Assembly: GCA_009103225.1 (NCBI GenBank)
Contig: RHPI01002069.1
Coordinates: 298,453 to 362,452, forward strand
Length of the DNA stretch: 64,000 bases
Direction of reading: 5' to 3'
From: Chlorokybus atmophyticus
Taxonomy: Eukaryota; Plantae; Mesostigma and Chlorokybus algae
Shown: positions 26,057-39,889 of the stretch, piece after piece
Layout of the letters: each line of letters begins with the position of its first letter
How positions within the stretch are numbered: the stretch's first letter is position 1
Notes under the pieces: model-generated
Database searches by the model: none
Told to the model about the DNA's origin: nothing
Seen by the model: only the letters and a program-made list of their open reading frames with translations
Position numbers and translations under genes: made by a program

Positions 26057-29000
26057 ATGCTGGAGGATGAACTGTTTAGAGCCCCGCCTGAGGTCGTTGA
26101 AGGTGCTCCAGGCGAAATTGATCAAGATAGACAGGAGAACTGGCGTCGACTGCAGGCAGATGCTGATGAGCACTATGAAGCGCTTCTTGCACAGCTCTTG
26201 CATGCTCAAGGGTTGGACAACACGCATTGGCAAGCGACTGTTAGCCAGCTGGCGCGAAAGGCAGTTGCTGCTGTGCGGTGTGACGTAACTGCGTCCAATG
26301 ACGGTGCTATGGACCCGAGTATATACGTGCGAGTCAAGGTCATTGCATCTGGTGATCGTGAGGACAGGTAAGCATTCACCACAACAACTGCTCCGCTTTG
26401 CATGCCGTGCTCATGTGGTGTTGATGCATGAATGTGCACAGTTGTGCGGTTCGAGGAGTTGTGTGTCGAAAGAATGTTGCACATCGCCGCATGAGAACAA
26501 AGATTGAACATCCCAAGGTCATGTTGCTTGGTGGTGCTTTGGAGTATAGGCAACCAACAGATCAGCGTTTAGCGACCATGGACACGCTTCTCGAGCAGGT
26601 AGTGTATCATGGAGTCAGCGCTAGTCACTTTGTGGCTGTCAAAGGAAGAGATCTGACAGCTGCATGAATTGCAGGAACAAGCACATTTAGAAGGTGTGGT
26701 AGCGACCATCGCAGAGCAACATCCAGACGTTTTGTTGGTGGAAAAGGCTGTGTCGCGCTTTGCGCAGGAAAGCCTGCTTGAAAAGGGAGTCTCCCTGGTG
26801 CGCGCATGTAACCATTTCGTGCATCGCTAGTGCTCACTTGAATTGAGCAGTTTCCTTGGCAGCTTGCGCAGAGAGCTAATCCAGGTCAACCGTATATTGG
26901 GCAGGTGTTGAATGTCAAACCTGTCCTCATGGAACGCCTGGCGCGCTGCACAGGAGCAAAGCTTGTTGATGCAGTGGAGAATGTTGGATCTGCACAGCTG
27001 GGCACCTGTGAAGAGTTTCGGGTGGAGCACTTTTATGAACCGCGCGAATCTGGAGCAGACGTCGCTGATCCAGAGGCAGCTGCCAACATGACCGGGAGCA
27101 ACAAGACATTGATGTTTTTTGACGGCTGCCCTGTTTCACTGGGCTGCACAATCATACTACGAGGAGGAACAGAACAGGAGCTGAAGATGGTCAAGGAGGT
27201 CATGGAGTTTGCTGTGTATGCTGCCTACCACCTGCAGTTGGAATTGGCGTTCTTATCCGATGAACAAGCGGCCCTTCCAGCAGAGCGCCAGCTGTCCAGC
27301 GGGTGGACTCCACCTGCTTGTATCATATCTATATCCCCTCATATCACGTACTGGGATGAGGGTGGTCAGGCCATCCCATCTTCTACTGCTCAGCAGGTCC
27401 ATCCCTAGTTGTGTCTGTTATCCTTGCCACCACTGAGTTGATGTAGCTTATCAACCAGGCAACCATGCTGTAGCTAATGATTGGCGGTTGCAGGTCTCTT
27501 CACACTCCCATGCTCAAACACCTGAGCACCCAGTACAGCCTGAAATGTCCCCAGCGGAGCATCAGAGTATCTTGGTTTCTGTTTCATGCAGATGGCCTGT
27601 GAAGCGGATACTTTGCAAGCCACCCATTTTGCAATGCATCACTTTCTATGGTTCGAATGATATGCCTCTTGGAGCCTTCATCACCAACGTACTGTTTCAA
27701 AAGGTGCATTGGCCATTTGGTTGTGCACGCATGAGCATCCCCGATGCTGTCAGCTCTAACCTGGTTTCGTTTGCAGGAGCGCAAATGCCAGCATGAGCGC
27801 TGTGGCATGGATGGTCCATCACATGTGCGCACGTACACGCATGCGCATGGACGCCTTACCGTCAGTGTGCACACAATGCCCAGTTTGTCTGTACTTCCCT
27901 TGGATTCCAATGGCACCTTGTGGATGTGGCACTGCTGCAGAGCTTGCATGGCGAAGCACACAAGTGATGATCCCTTGGCGTTCGCTCGGTGCGTAAGGAT
28001 GTCTTCTGCAACTTGGTCACTGTCATTTGGGAAGTTTCTGGAGCTCTCCTTCTCAGAACACTACACGGTCTCAGCCCTGGAGAGCTGCAATCACTCCTTG
28101 CACAGAGATCACCTGAGGTTCTTCGGCCGTGGAGACATGGTTGCTTGCTTTGAATATGACTCCGTTGTGCCTCTACGTGTGCACATGCCAGCAACTGCGA
28201 TGGAGCTGTTTGCTCCAGCACGTATGGACTGGCTTCAAGCTGAAGCAACAGAAGTTGCCGAAGAGGCTGTTGATGTGTTCGGCGAGCTGACGCGCAAGCT
28301 GGAGTTTGTCAGCAGTCGAATGCGTGAGGCAGAGTTGCCAGTCACGGAGATCCAAGCTTTGCAGCAAGCTGTAGATCAAGAGCATGCAACATTCAAGGCA
28401 TGTCACCATGCTTACTGCTTGCATTGCTTACTGGCACAAGTACAGCAGCTGGCAGCTTATAGCCTACCTTTTTGCTTATTTCAGGTTACAATGGCAGCAG
28501 CGGGTGTGCATGTGCCTGGGAGTGATCAAGTAGTCCATGACAAGTCATTGGATGTCCTGGAGCTCAACAAGCTCCGTCGGCAACTGGCGCTGACTGAGGC
28601 TACATTGCAGAACAGCCTTGCACAGTTGTCCAACTCTGTTCGGAAGAGTCACAGACTCTCTGGCAGGGACCTGCTAGCCAAAATGGCTAGCACTGTTAGC
28701 AATGATAGTGGTACGGCGAGTCCTTCCACTTCGTTGGTAGATAGTGTAGGTAGTGCTGATGTTGCGCTTCGCGAAGTCCATGGGTCGCCAGGCTTCACCA
28801 GGTCAGGCTCTTCCCAGTCACTCGTGACATCTGACGATCAGCTGCTGTTAGGGGGCGCACGCCTGGTACATTCTCACAGCAGCGGCAGTACACCTCTGTT
28901 TCTCAGCAGCACAGAGTCGTCTGATGCTGAAAGTGATGCAGAGCATGACAAGAGCCATTCAGCAAGGCGACCTCCTGCCCGTGCCAAGCTGAAGTCACGG

Positions 29001-30822
29001 AGTGACAGCGATCGTCACCACAGGTCAATGTCCGGTGGCTCACTTGATCTGGACAACGGGGATGATGTCAGCAACGGTCATGCAAATGGTGCATATGAGG
29101 TGCAGCGCAGCAGTCATCTGCGGACAGGGTCTTTGGACACGCCGCTGGATGTGTGGGAAGGTCAGGGTTCCAGTTTGACACCAGATGGCACGCTGGAAGA
29201 CAGTGGCGCGCATGCCGTGTTGCGTGGTGCTGCCCAGAAAGTTGACGAGCATGTACAGAAGGTTGCTGAGTTGCTTTCGAAGGGCTCCAGCGGGCCCAGT
29301 TCACCAGCCAGCCTGAAGCGCTCGTCATTCAATGGCTTTGCCAAGAGCCCTCTTGGCATCACGCGCTTAGCACGCGGAGGCCGTGTGCTAATGCCTTCTG
29401 GTGTTGATGATGTGGTCATAGCTGTGTACGACGATGAGCCCACGTCAATTGTTGCCTATGCCCTTGCACTGCCGGAGTTCCAGCAGAAGCTGCAAAAAGC
29501 CAAGTCATCTGCAAAGCCTTCTGTGACCTCTGGCATTGGGATTTTCCTTCGTAAGCTCAGTGCAGGAAGTGATGGAGAGCTTCATTCTGGCACAACAGAG
29601 CGCGCATCGCATGACGCTAAGGCTGCGGACCCCAAGGCTCTGAATGGCAACTGTACAGGACACTCTATAGCCATGGCTGCTGCAGTGGAAGCAGCAGTGA
29701 AGCCCGTTACTGAGGACATGTTGTTGTCTGCGGACACCACGCACATCACCTGCGCCTTTGAGGATTCAGGGGCGCCCGGCAAAGTCAAGTTCTCTGTGAC
29801 AGCATATTACGCTGCTCAGTTTGAGGCTCTTCGCAGGTAATGCCTGTCGTCAGTACCTTTCAGGTTACAACAGTTTGTATCTGTGTCGGCTGATACTTGG
29901 ATTGGCATTTCCAGCAAATGCTTTGGCGGCGATTTCCAGTACATCCAGTCGCTGTGCCGATGCCGCAAATGGGACGCTGCAGGTGGCAAGTCGAACGTCT
30001 ACTTCGCAAAAACACTTGACGATCGCTTTGTGGTCAAGCAGGTGTCGCGGACTGAACTGCTTTCATTCTTGCACTTTGCTCCTGCGTACTTCCAGTACCT
30101 CTCGAACGCAATACAGCAGAACCGGCTGACTTGCCTTGCCAAGGTGTTTGGCTGCTATCAGGTACACATCACAAGGTGCTGCTTGAACTATGTTAGACAG
30201 CATTTGGATATGAAAGTTCAACAAGCTGGATGTGTTGCTACAGGTGACATCCAAGCAATCGAGAGCAGCTGGTGGCAAGGAGATGAAGATGGACATTGTG
30301 GTCCTGGAGAATGTGCTGTATCAGCGCCACGTGAGCCAGATCTTTGACCTGAAGGGCTCCATGCGCAGCCGATACAATGCAGAGCCGACAGAGAAGAACG
30401 CTGTGCTGCTTGATGAGAACCTGGTGGAGATTATGGGTACCACGCCAATTCTCGTGGACGCACCCGCAAAATCTGCCCTGCAGGAAGCCGTTAGCCATGA
30501 TACAGCATTTCTGGCTGGATTGGGAGTCATGGACTACTCACTGTTGGTGGGCGTGGACGAAGAGAAGCAGGAGCTGGTGGTTGGCATCATTGATTTCATC
30601 CGTCAATACACTTGGGACAAGCACCTGGAGAGCTGGGTGAAGTCGTCCGGCATTTTAGGCGGCCCTGCTGGCACAGCTCCCACCGTGGTGTCGCCGAAGC
30701 AGTACATGAAGCGCTTCAGGTCAGCCATGTCAAACTACTTTGTCATGGTGCCTGATCAGTGGACGACGCCAAGTGAGAGCGGCCTTAAAGAAGGGAGCAG
30801 CAGCAGTGTATCATCCATCTGA
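26057..30822 (+). CDS. FAB1: Phosphatidylinositol-3-phosphate 5-kinase FAB1/PIKfyve-like, no FYVE domain visible
   Basis: TCP-1/Cpn60-like domain (VRVKVIASG, GVVCRKNVAHRRM, LLGGALEY, KTLMFFDGCPVSLGCTIILRGG). Cys/His-rich CCR region (SFGKFLELSF, HSLHRDHLRFFG). VYDDEPTSIVAYAL. PIP-kinase domain (WDAAGGKSNVYFAKTLDDRFVVKQV, FDLKGSMRSR, VMDYSLLVGVD, GIIDFIRQYTWDKHLE). Start is tentative because of an in-frame stop at 25883. Confidence 0.92.
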
Positions 30823-31953
30823 GATGAGTACCATTTTTGTTTTCAATTCCCATTTAGTTGTCCATCGGCGCCATGTATACGACGAGTTTAGTCTTGCACC
30901 GCTAGTTTTGTCTTGATAGCTTGCTTCCATCAGTACAACGTAGCAGCTGCGTGTGCACACCCGATGCTGCCTTTTTGCCATCGTTGCTGTGGTCTCTAAG
31001 AAACCATTTCAATTGCCAATCATTATGTTGTTCCCCTCTGCTCATCAACTTGTGCCTGACCCACCTGTTGCTTGCATGAGTAGTGCGAACCGCGCTGTAC
31101 AACAGACATGTACAGTCACTGGCCTTGGACATCATCTGCCCACTGCTCAAGGATACCGTATTGCAACAACGTGTCATTGATGTCGCCTTCATTACGTCAT
31201 AAAGACGGTAGAAATTGCATTTGAGCTTTCCGGCGAATCATGCTGAACATACGGTTAGAAACAATACCACATATTGCTGCTGTTGACTTATGCACGGCAA
31301 AGCAAGCAGGTAGAAGCAAACCCCAGGCAGCACAGCAGTGACAGTATTATGCAACATAACAAAGCAACAGCATGTAACAAAAGGGCTGGCCCGGGCCCCT
31401 GCAACGGAACACGGTCACATTCACAATACGCACACAATCAACACAACGCCACGAGATAGGATCGGAGTAGTTGGTACCAAACAAACCATTGCTCGCATGC
31501 TTGTCCACCTGTCAAGCAGAGCCACAGCTTAGCAACTGCCAAGCGGGGGTTGTGCGAACTGTGGCGGCGCCGTACTTGTCTCTCTAATTACTAGTACAGC
31601 AAGTTTGCGTTCATGCTATGTAGCGCACTCCATGCCTACTGCACACATTCCTTCTTGCATCTTCGGTACAACACCACACACAACTACTGGCAGCATGTCC
31701 TGTACACAGCATCCAATTATACTACACAGCTGCAGCCGCCACTTGCAGCAGCAAATCGGCTGCAACCCATGCGAAATGCCAATGACCTCGGCCAATGTGT
31801 GAGTGGGGACTGCAACGATTGAGATGAGAACCACTGCAAGTGGATGGAAGTGCGTATGAGTGAGTACATTCTTTTTTACATCTCCCCAAACTGACTGATT
31901 GAACGGCGGGTATGAGTTACACCACTCGATCAGCTCAGGTCGGTTGTGTTCCA

Positions 31954-32036
31954 GAGAATACACAGCATACAATGGCAGAGCGTATACGTGAAAGTCCAGC
32001 ACGTATACGCTCTGCCATTGTATGCTGCGTATTCTC
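31954..32036. repeat. 37-bp-arm inverted repeat, 9-nt loop
   Basis: gagaatacacagcatacaatggcagagcgtatacgtg / cacgtatacgctctgccattgtatgctgcgtattctc, with 1 mismatch. Confidence 0.9.
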
Positions 32037-32053
32037 ACATTTGATTTACAAAA

Positions 32054-32130
32054 CTATTGTGAGCCGACTCATTGGGGCCATTGCAAGTATTGCAATACTT
32101 GCAATGGCCCAATGAGCCGGCTCATAATAG
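32054..32130. repeat. ~77-bp loopless palindrome
   Basis: Centred on attg|caat. Arms differ by two transitions and one extra G. Confidence 0.85.
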
Positions 32131-33721
32131 ACGGGCCCACCTATTATGGCTTTATCGAGCTTATTGGGATGTGGCCATGCTGGCCCTTAACACATCTACT
32201 TTATTGTGCCGCGTGTATCTTATGAGGTGTATGCATCACAAAAACTTAGACACACAACACGTTTCAGTTCCACAGCAGCAGAAGCAATGCCAACAAAACG
32301 CACAAGGCCCTTAGTATACATATAGTACTGATTGTACATTATGCCGTGCATGCGCCGCAGAGCGGGTGAAGAAGTGCAAGTCTGTTGTTCACGCAATGAT
32401 TTTAACGTCTCCCGCAGTGGTGACACTCGACTTGATCAACAAAGCCCTGCACAATTACATACTGCACACGACGCATCAACGAACAATACGGGGTTGAAGA
32501 GACCAACCTTTCAACGCAATCTACCACTCACCTCGGTCAGCCCAAGTCGGCACAGGCTCCACAGGCTCCAGCGCGCACAGGCTATTGCAACACCAGCACT
32601 TGTATTGGCCCAATGAGCCCATTTATCATGGCTGCAACGAGCTTGTTAGGATGTGGCCATGCTTGCCCTCAACACATCAAGTGTGGGATTGTGCGGCGTG
32701 TATCTGATATATTGGGTGTATGCATTGTTGGTCTAGGACTCTGACATGTCCATAGCATTGCATTCTCTCCACAACCCACAAACGTGCGCAGTGTGCAGAC
32801 AATGGAACTGCTGTTGTTACCGTATTCACTCGTGCAGATCCCCCCCCCCCCCCCNTCTGCGATACCGCCCCAAGTACTTGGGGAGGGGGCCTTTGAAAAC
32901 ATGTACAGCCCCTCTCACATACACAACCCCCCTCCCACACCCCGGCCTGCCTTTCTGCCTGTCAAGTGCTGATACAAAGTGCCTGCCTGCCTGATATATT
33001 GCTTGTTTGCTGTTGCTGTTTGCCTGCTGATATTGCGTAATACAAACTTGTGTGTCCTGTGTGCCGTTTGCTCTCACTTTGCATCTCTCTTTGTGCATAC
33101 ATACACAGGCAGGCAGGCAGGCAGTTCATAGAGGTCCGAGCTAGCCCATTGCTCTTGCGTTTGCTGTGATTGCTTGCAAATGTTGTGTTTTTAACTGTTG
33201 CGCTCTTGTGTGCCTCTACTGCTGCTGAATGCTTACACACTTGCTTGCTACTTGCCATGTATCCAGCGCGTTTAGGCTAATGTCCAGCACTCCAACTGGA
33301 TTTCAACGCCTAAGCGCTGATATCTAGCTCTTAGGCACTGTATGCAGCCTCCCCCCCTCCCCCCCCCCCCCCCNNNNNNNNNNNNNNNNNNNNNNNNNNN
33401 CCCCCCCCCTCATATGAAGGGGGGCTGTGACAAAAGGGTTGGGCTCTGTAAGAGTATATACGGTAGGCACATAAGCATGTGCACATCTCGCTCGCGCCTT
33501 TCGTACATCGTGCGATACAGGAATTGCACATTTGATGCTGTTGCAAGCATCTTCATGTCACATCACGTGGAGCTTGATAATATTCATACACAATAACAGA
33601 GTATACCTACTGAGTTCTACTAACACTGTGCAATGCGCAGTGAGCGTATGGTAGTCTAGAAGTTCAGCAGACTTTATAGATTACGGCACACAAAACAGCA
33701 AAATTGGCGGGTGTCGCCACT

Positions 33722-36706
33722 TTACGCCCTGGTCGCGTATCTAAGCAGGATACCGGAGTTGCCCAGCGCAAAGCCAAGGTCTGGAGACACAAACCTGCAA
33801 CAGAGACGAAGTTAATGCTGGCATCAGCCTCAAAGCGAAAATGAAGTGCTGGTACATTGCACGCGTGCTGCTCAAGAGTTGACTTTGAGTAGATAATTGT
33901 TTCAATGCTACAAGACTTGCACCATGATGCCAGGTGAGTTACCACCCAGACACTTACTTGACTTCGTAAAGGTTAGCTGGAATTGAATCAGCAACACGGG
34001 CACGTGACCACGTGCGGCCACCATCGTCCGACTGAAACAAGCTGCCACTGCCACCAACGGCCCAAGCCTTGCCCTGTCCAACGCATGGGTCAACAACGTG
34101 ACCAGAATAGAAACACAGATTCTCATATGTTGCATACAAACTGCTTCATTTTGTACCTTAGACTGATAGCCGACATCCAGAATACCAAACCCTCTGCTGA
34201 CAACCTTAGCTTCTGCAAAGTCCTCACCAACCTGCAAGACGCATTCACTTAGCCTTTGACGCATGCCGCCACACCTCAACTACGCTGAGAACTCAGGAAG
34301 CAATGCAAGAAATTTTATGGGCATACCCCTCCGCTGTTCAAGTAAACACTGCCACCACGCGTAAGCAGCCACAGGCCACCGTCGTCGCGCCAGCCCATGT
34401 TCTGAATTCTTCGTGCACTGGTGCGGTTGTGTGGCTGCCAGTATGTCTGCAGGGTGATGCACATGCCCGTAAAGAATCGCTCAAGCATGACCACCCAAAC
34501 AACTTGTCAATAAAGCTCTTGAGCTTCTAATGACGAGGGAGCAAACATAGTTACCTGCCCAGGCTCCCATGTCATGTAAAAGTTGCCGCGACTTGACACA
34601 CCCACATAAGAGCCGTCAGGGCTGCGGTTGACTGTGCTAAATGTACCAGTGTAGTAACTAGCTCCGCTGATACCGCTCGATACAGTCCTGGCAAGAGCGA
34701 AAACAACGCATGTCAGCAGCAGATATGAGCATAACAATTGACACACATTACATCTGACTGAATGCACGAATTTAGTATACATAATGTACCTATTGAGTGT
34801 GGCATCAACCGTCTCCTGGACAGCGGCCTTCCAGGTGTAAGCCGCATTTGAGGTCACATAGATAGCACCCTGATCTGTAACCATCTCTGCATTACCCTTG
34901 GCTCCAGACCCGTAAATGACAAGCTGTTGCAGGCAATGCCACACTAAGAACAGGCAGTACGAGTTGGGTATACCATAAGTTATGTTTTTGTCAATGCAAC
35001 AGGCAAAACACGGTGTTGCAGATACGCAACTCAATGCAAGCGATGTGTTTGGGGGAGGGGGGAGCATAATGTTGAATGCTGTGAGCATGTTCTTCAAGAG
35101 AGCAATATCTGCAGACTGCACATCTTTCTGCTAACAGACCAAAACTTGATGATAACAATGCGCGTGCAGACTGCCAGGATGTGTGTGGACGACCTTACTC
35201 TACGTGGCTTTGTTAACTATACTCAACACAACTGACTCTGACCCGCAAGGAGTGCCGCAGGCTGGACATAGCCGTGATGACAGACTTGAAAACATGCATT
35301 GATTTTTGCATATGTTTTCGACAATAAATTTTTACAATGGATCAATAGTTGCTGCCTAAAACGACGACACCCTGTCAAGCAGTGCATGTGCTGCAATGTA
35401 ATACGCCAAACTTGCTCCTGTTGCCCCAGACAAGGACAAGGACATGTGTAGTGCTTTCTGATCTGAATTGAGCGATAGTACAACTATGTAGACAGAATCC
35501 ATCGCCTGCATGAAACAACCTCTTACCGGAATGCCAGGGAGTTTGGCAGAGAGAGGAATGCGTTCCCAGGTTTGACCGCGGTCAGTGGTGTGCAAGAGAA
35601 TGGCGGGCTTTCCGATAATCCAACCCTCATCACCATTGAAAGAGATGGACGTGAACCGATAGTTGAAACCCTCCTCCTCACTGGCTTGGACTCTGCGCGG
35701 CGTCCAAGTCTTGCCACTGTCGACGGTCTCTAGCAGTGTCTGCCTTGAACCGAGCAGGTAGCCTATACCAACAAGATAATGACTGTTACTGTATGCGTTG
35801 TACCCTTGATGCATTGCCATGCTGCACGCAACGACTGTAGACAAGAGTTCAACTGTGTCAACCAGACTGAAGGACTGCACCAGCACCGCAAGCCTGACTA
35901 CTGGCTGACATGCACACATTCTCCATGTACGGCAATCATGCTTACACTGGCCATGCCGCTGCACCAGGCCGTAGTGACGCGTGCAACTAGGAACCATAAT
36001 GCCTGACCGATGACCAACTCACATGTTGCAACGGGTCATAAGAGGCATACCTCTGTTGGGCTCCGTAGGAACGAAGGCAATGTCCAGCAACACCACAGCT
36101 GGGTCAACAGGAAGATCAACCTGCAGGCGAGCAGGATAAGTCAATCATGAAAGCAATAGATCAACAGACGAGCTTGTTGTCGCAAAGCATGCTTCTTCAA
36201 AAGCAACCGCAAACAACAGCTGCAGTTGGTATGGTCACCATGCCGCAGGGCATGCACTCTTTTGCACCAAGACCATTGCGCAGGCAGCACTCTAGACCAC
36301 ATGCATTGCTCAGTCATGTTAGCTTGATCCGACTTCTGAAACACAGTGCTCCGTTGCCCACAGAAGCAGTTTGGCGCATTTTGTTGCTCACCAGCTCCCA
36401 ATTCAAATCCAGCGGGCGGCCAGCAAGAGCCGGCGCTGCTGCACCCAGTCCAGAGGCGGCGGCAGCAGCGGCGGCAGCGGTGCCGGTGAGAAACTGCCGG
36501 CGGGAGGCAGCAGCTGCAGCCAAGATCTCTGCGCGGGTGGCATTGTCGCTCTCAGCAGAAGCAACAACCGCCGCCCGTTTACCAACGACCGCCGGCACCC
36601 GCCGTGGAACAGCAACCGCAGCGGACTCCCTTCTAAGCCCCGTGAACGACGGCACGGCCACGGACGCTCCGGCCATCGCCGCCATCGGCAACGTCGTCGC
36701 CGCCAT
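33722..36706 (-). CDS. HCF136: Photosystem II stability/assembly factor HCF136 (Ycf48)
   Basis: Bipartite transit peptide with twin-Arg SRRQFL and AxA. Exons read [129 protein letters not shown] and [10 protein letters not shown]. Confidence 0.95.
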
Positions 36707-38940
36707 CACCGCCAATGCCAGCGCCAGTACCGTAGACTGCAATGCTCGCATTAGGGTTTCAACACCATCAACTGCGAGTCGAATCTCTCAGAGAGAACGC
36801 TTGCGGCCGTCGATGGGCCTGCAGTGACCATCTGACGGTGTTGGGCACTCCATCGCCGTTGTGCTTATGGCCTGCGAAGCGCCCACGTGGACGTGTGGTA
36901 GCGCCGATGGCGCACGGAAGGTCACGTGCGGCGATCGACGCCAAAGGCTTAAGGCTTACGGCTTAGATCAGAAGTTACATGTGTAGGCTATATGAGGGTA
37001 GCATGAATTACGATTGCATCATTCATTGTTAGCACATATGACCGTGCGCACTGACACGCTCAATGCGTATATGATGTACAGTAAATTTAATGCAAAAGCA
37101 TGCAATGTAGCACACTAATCCAGCAAGCCACGTGGAGCAGCACAAGCTTATGCATGGGCAACCTAGTGCTGCAACTACATTCGGTAGCTGAGTGCTTCGA
37201 TGTGGGGTTAAGGCGCTGTAGGAAGCGGGGCAGCAAGCATGCACCAACGGCAACCAACATGTTGGCCACAGCCGCTGGTTATTAGCAGGGGTAGTAGTAG
37301 GTTGCGGCAGCAATTGACGCAGCACGGCATGACAGCAGGACATGCACAAATAGCAACAGCAGCAGCAAGGTTAGGCAAGGCGGGGTGGGGCGGTGATGTT
37401 GTAGTAGTAGACGGCGCAGGCGCCTTCAACAGCTGCACTGCTCCCGCTGTGATAAAGGGGGGTTCTGACTGGACTATGGTAGCAAAAGTCGCTACCATGA
37501 GTGAGGTCTGTTACGATTGATACAAATTCGTTACACCCGCGCCAGCGTATCTGTCACTTGCGCATTGTCGCCATGTCTCCTCGATGCATCCCACATGTCC
37601 ACTCATCTACAACACTGCAACTTCATGCAATGTCTCCGTAAACAGTCCACACGGTGATGATCTCATCCTTGTATATGTACTTGTTGAGCAGGGAATGATA
37701 GGATGTGCCAGTGTCACACACCCAACACAATAACAGCCTCAGCTAAGGCACCAATTATAGATAACACAACAAGTTGCATTGCACATCACCACTCTTATGG
37801 TGAGTATGGCAACTTGTTGACCAGATCAATAGCTACATTTGTTTGATCACATTGCTCATATGATGAACAACTCAGCTCTCGTGTCTTTGTTTAGCACAAC
37901 CAGCTAGGAATGCATTACACCGTACTTAACTACTACTTGGACTTATTCTCGTCCAGCTCCAGCTCTGATCCACGCCTCCAATCATGAGTAGTTAGTAGAC
38001 CGTCTCCTTGACCAGCTCTTGTCTGCCACATGGATTGCCCACTCCTTTCACCAATCTTTCTCCACTCACAAAATAGCCCGATTACACCCATCAAATCTGA
38101 GTTACACTTATGTTCGGATACACCAATGATAACTCGCCAAATGCACTTCTTCTCACTCAATAACATCCTCATCTACCTTCCCATCATAAACCCAACAGAC
38201 ATTATAATCTCCACATGCTTTTACAAACAATATCTAATTACCTCATGCTTACAATGAGCCCACGGTCTGTTATCGCCTGCATGTAGCTATATCCCAAGAC
38301 ATATGCATTCTCGCTCAAGTCCTTCACGGGCATGAGCATGCACTGCAAGCACTATCATGGCACGGCATTGATCATTGCAAATGCACACCTTTCAAGCCTT
38401 CACAGTGTGCACGCAGCCAAGCAATGGAAGCAAGCAACACCACTATTGCAATTACGCCTGCAAAATGCTTGATCATAATAAGTATTCCATTGGTTACTTA
38501 TTTCTTATTAACTACCACATCATGTGCTCAGCAGCGCTACACGTACATGTTTCGACGTAACTTCTACTTCTAATATGCCATACAACACGGCACCAATGTC
38601 AAGTATACAGCTGCACCCAAATGTATAAAAATAAAGGGAAAGAGGCAAATTACGCAGTGAGGTTTAAAGTCATGAAGTTATGATAATCAGTATGTCACAT
38701 GTGATGTGGGTTGTATGCAATCCTTTGCGTGTGTACCGGTAGCTAAAGAAGTTTGTGTGTGCTGTGTCTCATTGAACTCAATGTAAGTGCCGCATGCAAA
38801 TGGCTTGCATTGCATACACCGTACTGCTAAGAAATCCAAATGAAGGCTCAATTCTCCACGAGGTACTTTACGTATAACTTTAACAAACTTTTTGGCAGCT
38901 CAACTTGTGCAATCAAGATTATATACTGCAATGCGTGGGT

Positions 38941-38997
38941 TTGGTTGGGTTTCGACTAAAAGCAAACCCGGTTTGCTTTTAGTCGAAACCCAACTAA
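38941..38997. repeat. Perfect 25-bp-arm palindrome with 1-nt spacer
   Basis: gttgggtttcgactaaaagcaaacc c ggtttgcttttagtcgaaacccaac (38944-38994), extending 3 bp further with one mismatch. Confidence 0.92.
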
Positions 38998-39889
38998 CCC
39001 GGATATGTTGGCAGAGCTTTAATGAACATTTTTGAGCAAAATGTTTTTTGGTAGTATTAATCACACTCAGCACTTACACTTGTATGTAAATCGCGGACTT
39101 TATACGGCACACGCCATACATGCCGCGGTATGCTGGTGTTGTAAAGGGGCGCGTGTGCAGGCGCTTATAGAAAGGGGGTACAAAGGATGCAAGGTGGATC
39201 ACGCACATGCAAGGCAGACCGCACTCACATGACAATTGCATACATCAACTAATCACGTTGCATTCACCATGCACGTGTGGACCTTGTTGTGCAAGCACAA
39301 AGCTGCCACATGCATTTATACTCTGCCTGCATAGAAGCATGGAAAAGTAATACATGGCACTCGTGTTTTTAACATGCAGCATCTGGCAAAGGATTCTCAA
39401 TTGGGAGACATGGTGATTGACACTACCACTAGCAACGGTTACAACACCCTTAGCTTGCACGTCCCTACGCTGGTTTTACCAATTCTACTCGTAGTACTGA
39501 GGTGAGAAGATGCTAAGCAAGTTTGACAATGTTACCTCTTGTGCATGCTACTGTTGGTCAAGTGACACCGAACGAACCGACTGTGATGCAAAGGCAGTGT
39601 GATGCCTTGCGGAAGTGTGCATGCCTTTTTACATGCAAGAAGACGCCATCAGCACCACAATGTCACGACTGCAAGGAAATTCTTGATTCCACTTAGGCTA
39701 GCCGCTTGTACACGACATGGCATGAAAATGGCTGTTGAAAATTGTGCTGTATTGGAATAGCCAAGACCTAACTTTTCCCTATGCTAAGCAGATGGAACGA
39801 GTGCATTCCATATGCATGTTGTCAGTTGCAATGCAAAACTATCAATCAAATAATGTCAGGTTGGCATGCGGTGTCGCATAGACCTTAGC

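Noticed and set aside
37930-38240. Possible LINE endonuclease remnant on the minus strand (GDYNV)
   Set aside because: Single short motif amid many stops; insufficient support.
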